DNA from: Flavobacteriales bacterium
GTDB taxonomy: Bacteria > Bacteroidota > Bacteroidia > Flavobacteriales > UBA7312
Assembly (NCBI GenBank): GCA_965277895.1
Contig: CBDIDR010000001.1
Coordinates: forward strand, 74-64,073
Length of the DNA: 64,000 bases
Direction: 5' to 3'
How positions within the stretch are numbered: the stretch's first letter is position 1; every line of letters begins with the position of its first letter. A model generated the notes under the pieces. It searched no databases. It was not told where the DNA came from and saw only the letters and a list, made by a program, of their open reading frames with translations. This document shows positions 60,418 through 64,000 of this stretch, in pieces. A program made the translations under genes and the position numbers.

Positions 60418-62498
60418 GATAGTACTATATTGATTTGTTGTCCTTTTCGTATTTGTTCTCCTTTGTTAATCGATTGTGATTTTATACTACCTCTTCCACT
60501 GTAATTTACCTTCAGCCCATAGTTTTCCAAGAGGTAGAGTACATCACTAAGACCCATGCCTTTTATATTTGGCATGGTATTCTTTTCAAGATCTTTATGT
60601 ATGTTTCTAGTATTAAATTCTACTTTGCCTTCTTTTGCCTTAGTAAGTACCCATTCCGATAGATGATTATCATCAGAAATATCAATTGATAATTCGTTTA
60701 ACACATGGGCTAAATCTGTTTTATATCCATCTTTAGAAACTGGTGATTGCTGATTCTCAATAGTGTCTGATTGTTGTAATGATAGGTCTGTATTGTATAC
60801 ATAATCTGAGATAGCTCTGAAAACAGGAGCAGCAACATCTCCACCATAACTTCCATTTTCTAATGGGTCATTTATCATTGTAATACAAGCGTATTTTGGA
60901 TTATCTGCCGGGAAGTAACCTACAAAAGAGGCTAGATGTCTTTCATTTGTATATTTGCCGTCAATAAGTAACTGTGTAGTTCCTGTTTTACCTGCAATTT
61001 TATATTGCCTTGTTTTAATATTTCTTGCCGTCCCTTCTTCGACAACATTCTCTAGCATTTTCTTCACTTTTTTGATACTAGTCATTGAACATATCGAAGG
61101 ATTTAATACTTCAGGCGAATAGTTTTTTTCAAGCATTCCATTATTCATAATCGACTGTACGAAATAGGGTTTCATCTGCTGACCATCATTAGCTATGGCA
61201 GCATAAAAACTCAATATTTGAATAGGTGTTAGCTTTATTCCGTATCCGATAGACATCCAAGGTAAAGTAGTTCCTGACCAAGTATTGGATTGTTTTGGGT
61301 GCCTGATGTTAGGCTTGACCTCTCCAGAAAGGGAAACGCCTAGTGGCTCATTTAATCCCATACTGTACAGCCTGTCCACAAATTGAGAAGGATTAGACTT
61401 GTAATGTTTATTGATGAGTTTTGAAATACCGACATTGGATGATTTGATAAAAGACCTTTCTAATGAAATAGTACCATAGCCACCTTCTCGCGAATCACGC
61501 ATAACTCTGTCGTAAAAATTATGGCTACCACCGGTTGTATTCACTGAATCATTTTCATTGAGATACCCATCTTCTAATGCTGCAATGACAGATGCTAACT
61601 TAAAAGTTGAGCCTGGCTCAACACTTTGACCGATGGCATAATTGTAGCGTTCTACATAACTGCCATTTTCGTTTTTCTTGAGATTTACAATGGCTTTTAC
61701 TGCTCCTGTGGAAACTTCCATCAATACTGTTGTTCCAAAATCCGCATCGTGAAACCGTAATCTATCTTCCAAAGCTTTGTGGGCTACATCTTGAAAGCGA
61801 ATATCAATGGTAGTAATAACATCTTTGCCTGGAAAAGACTCTCTTTCACGAATAGGCATCCATTCATTTCCTGCAAGACGTTGCTCAAGACGTTCACCAT
61901 CTCTTCCTTTCAAATCAAAGTTGAAGGCTCCTTCAATTCCAACCGACTTGGAGTGTTGTTTGTGATAGCCTATGGTTCGACTTGCAATTTCTTGGAAAGG
62001 TTGTTGTCTGTTATTAAGCTGAATATATCTGAAGCCTCCTTTGTATCGTCCTTCTTTGAAAATTGGAAAACGTTTTAGAGACTTTAGCTCATTGTAGTTA
62101 ACCTTCCTTTTAATCAGAGCATACCGCTTCTTTTGTATCCAACTTTTTCTGAGATGGGAAGAATATTCAGCGACTGTTTTATCCTTAAAAAGAGTCGAAA
62201 GGCAAAATGCTAAATCATTTATATTATCATCAAAAAGTTCTTTATCAACTTGTTTTGCATCCCATCGAATTTCATACTCAGGAATAGATGTTGCTAACAG
62301 GGATAAATCATCTGAATAAATATTTCCTCTAGATGCATCAACATTTATTGTACGTGTAACATTATACTTATCGGTATTCCACAAATGGGATTCAAAAAAC
62401 TGTGTGTATAAGGGTTGAATTATTATGGCAAGTGCCAATAAAATCATAAAAAGATATATAGCAACTGCTCTCCTTTTTATGTTTTTAGGATGATTCAT
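60414..62498 (-). CDS. ftsI: Penicillin-binding protein 3-type transpeptidase FtsI with a C-terminal PASTA domain
   Basis: Active-site motifs STFK, SSN and KTGT are present. The C-terminus is PASTA-like (GLSDVLYLLENYGLKV). Confidence 0.93.
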   Translation of the reverse strand: MNHPKNIKRRAVAIYLFMILLALAIIIQPLYTQFFESHLWNTDKYNVTRTINVDASRGNIYSDDLSLLATSIPEYEIRWDAKQVDKELFDDNINDLAFCLSTLFKDKTVAEYSSHLRKSWIQKKRYALIKRKVNYNELKSLKRFPIFKEGRYKGGFRYIQLNNRQQPFQEIASRTIGYHKQHSKSVGIEGAFNFDLKGRDGERLEQRLAGNEWMPIRERESFPGKDVITTIDIRFQDVAHKALEDRLRFHDADFGTTVLMEVSTGAVKAIVNLKKNENGSYVERYNYAIGQSVEPGSTFKLASVIAALEDGYLNENDSVNTTGGSHNFYDRVMRDSREGGYGTISLERSFIKSSNVGISKLINKHYKSNPSQFVDRLYSMGLNEPLGVSLSGEVKPNIRHPKQSNTWSGTTLPWMSIGYGIKLTPIQILSFYAAIANDGQQMKPYFVQSIMNNGMLEKNYSPEVLNPSICSMTSIKKVKKMLENVVEEGTARNIKTRQYKIAGKTGTTQLLIDGKYTNERHLASFVGYFPADNPKYACITMINDPLENGSYGGDVAAPVFRAISDYVYNTDLSLQQSDTIENQQSPVSKDGYKTDLAHVLNELSIDISDDNHLSEWVLTKAKEGKVEFNTRNIHKDLEKNTMPNIKGMGLSDVLYLLENYGLKVNYSGRGSIKSQSINKGEQIRKGQQINIVLS

Positions 62499-62842
62499 TA
62501 GTTAGCACGGATTATGAATGGTTGCTGATTACTTTTCACTAACCCATGGTCAGCCACTAATGTTTGTACTTCTGTCTGTTTGCTTTGATACATAAGCAAA
62601 GACTTGGTGGTGATGTACTCCGAGCGCAAATCTTTTAGCTCTCTTTCTAAAGAAGAAATAGCTCTAATACTACTTTCTGCTCTGTAGGAATTATTGATAT
62701 AAAACACTAGCAATAAGCAGATGTAAAGTGAAAATGGAAGTAATTCGAACAGTCCTTTTTCCAATATTTTCCCACTCATTACATCAGAGATATTAGTCTG
62801 AAATCCTTTTTTAGGTCGATATGTTTGTTTTAAATCTTTCAC
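62498..62842 (-). CDS. ftsL: FtsL-like small bitopic division protein
   Basis: 114 aa with a single TM helix followed by a coiled-coil-like segment. It occupies the canonical position between rsmH and ftsI. Confidence 0.6.
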   Translation of the reverse strand: MKDLKQTYRPKKGFQTNISDVMSGKILEKGLFELLPFSLYICLLLVFYINNSYRAESSIRAISSLERELKDLRSEYITTKSLLMYQSKQTEVQTLVADHGLVKSNQQPFIIRAN

Positions 62843-63738
62843 GCTAACTTTTCACTTACTCTTAGTTTTGCACTTCTAGATCTTGGGTTACTTTCCAATT
62901 CTTCTTCTGAAGCAGTAATTGGTTTTTTAGAAATCGCTTTTAAAATCACCTTAGGGACACCGTAAAAATCTTTCTCTATTTCCCCTTTGAAATTACCTGA
63001 CTTGATTAGGTTCTTTACTAATCTATCCTCCAAAGAATGGTAGGAAATCACAGAAAGTCGTCCACCTTCTTTCAGGAGGTCAACAGATTGTAATAGCATC
63101 TCTTTCAATGCTTTTAGTTCGTCATTTACTTCAATTCGAATAGCCTGAAATAATTGAGCCAATATCTTGTTACTCTTGTGTGGTGGGACGTGTTTTTTGA
63201 CAGCCTCCTTGAGGTCTTCTGTTGTCACAATCTCTCTGTTTTCTCGAGAAGATAGGATAGATTTTGCAAGTGAATATGCATTTTTAAGCTCTCCATATTC
63301 TCTAAATATTCGACACAAATCATCTAGCTCGTATTCGTTCACCACTTGCTTTGCCGATAAATCTTGAGTAGTATTCATTCGCATATCTAACTCACCTTCC
63401 TCGCGAATAGAAAAACCTCTTTCAGCAGTATCAAATTGGTAGGATGAAACACCTAAGTCCGCTAGAATTCCATCTACTTTGAGAACCCCTTCGAGCCTCA
63501 AAAACTTTTGCATAAATCGAAAGTTCTGATTGATAAGAACAAATCGATTATCATCAATTGAATTCTTTTGTGCGTCAGTATCTTGATCGAAAGCAAAGAG
63601 TGTGCCTTTATCTAGTTTTTCTAAAATAGATTTTGAATGTCCACCACCACCAAAAGTGACGTCAACATAAGTTCCGTTGGGGTCAATACGAAGGCCAGCA
63701 ATTGATTCTTTTAATAATACTGCCTCGTGATATCCCAT
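62839..63738 (-). CDS. rsmH: 16S rRNA (cytosine1402-N4)-methyltransferase
   Basis: SAM-binding DVTFGGGGHS and the conserved ISYHSLEDR motif. Confidence 0.95.
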   Translation of the reverse strand: MGYHEAVLLKESIAGLRIDPNGTYVDVTFGGGGHSKSILEKLDKGTLFAFDQDTDAQKNSIDDNRFVLINQNFRFMQKFLRLEGVLKVDGILADLGVSSYQFDTAERGFSIREEGELDMRMNTTQDLSAKQVVNEYELDDLCRIFREYGELKNAYSLAKSILSSRENREIVTTEDLKEAVKKHVPPHKSNKILAQLFQAIRIEVNDELKALKEMLLQSVDLLKEGGRLSVISYHSLEDRLVKNLIKSGNFKGEIEKDFYGVPKVILKAISKKPITASEEELESNPRSRSAKLRVSEKLA

Positions 63739-64000
63739 TAGTCTTCGTTTTGAATTGAACCCATTACCTCTTCTGCTAAGTCTGCGAAATCCGTAGTAGC
63801 TTCTTTGAGAACTTGCTCGTATTGATCTTTATCCCATATTTCTATCATGTTAAGCGAGCATGAAAGGACAATATTTTTTGAAATCGAAGCGAAGGAAATG
63901 AGGTCTTTAGGCACCTGTAATCGTGAATTAGAATCGACTTCTAGCATTTTCACTCCGGCTGTAAACAATCTGATGAAATCGTTATTTTTCTTTACGAAGC
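63738..64000 (-). CDS. mraZ: Transcriptional regulator MraZ, C-terminal part (the 5' end lies outside the window)
   Basis: The frame stays open to the window edge. It has the second SpoVT/AbrB-like repeat (DSNSRLQVPKDL, IEIWD). It is the first gene of the dcw cluster. Confidence 0.85.
   Translation of the reverse strand, partial: FVKKNNDFIRLFTAGVKMLEVDSNSRLQVPKDLISFASISKNIVLSCSLNMIEIWDKDQYEQVLKEATTDFADLAEEVMGSIQNED

Noticed and set aside
1-64000. Search for tRNA, rRNA, CRISPR arrays, IS elements, integrases or defence islands
   Set aside because: No intergenic gap exceeds about 160 nt apart from the comM remnant. No gap contains a tRNA-like T-arm, spaced direct repeats or inverted terminal repeats. 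No ORF shows transposase, integrase, restriction or toxin motifs.

Overview
The window is AT-rich and densely coding. It looks like core chromosome of a gliding Bacteroidota (Flavobacteriia-like) organism. That placement is an inference from several features: the mutY-ssb-gldE-gldD synteny, T9SS C-terminal sorting domains, TAnnTTTG promoter boxes, and a dcw cluster without murF or ddl. Recognisable genes include secA, pnuC, dsbD, tilS, pabB, lnt, pssA, purS, lptB, tatC, kdsD, recQ, kmo, kynU, gcvP, mlaEF, feoAB, fumC, arsC, prfB, recX, rng, hup, mutY, ssb and gldED. The right-hand 15 kb is a very compact dcw operon running mraZ-rsmH-ftsL-ftsI-murE-mraY-murD-ftsW-murG-murC-ftsQ-ftsA-ftsZ-yqeY. 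I found no tRNA or rRNA genes, no CRISPR array, and no transposase, integrase or recognisable defence system. I cannot support a claim that the window holds a clear-cut novel system. The observations most worth follow-up are listed here. (1) A tight four-gene operon couples kynureninase and kynurenine 3-monooxygenase to a UbiA-like membrane protein and an MFS transporter. (2) A comM/yifB remnant between dsbD and pnuC is both frameshifted and truncated at its 3' end. (3) Two tandem T9SS cargo paralogs are followed by an orphan relic of a third sorting domain. (4) Three short ORFs are missing from the supplied track: a 29-aa hyper-basic bS22-like peptide, a 46-aa Cys-rich lipoprotein upstream of feoAB, and a 48-aa membrane peptide. 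(5) prfB lacks the usual programmed frameshift. (6) Some TAnnTTTG promoter boxes have leaderless-type or interleaved divergent geometry. All functional calls rest on motifs read from the translations and on remembered family knowledge. No database search was run.
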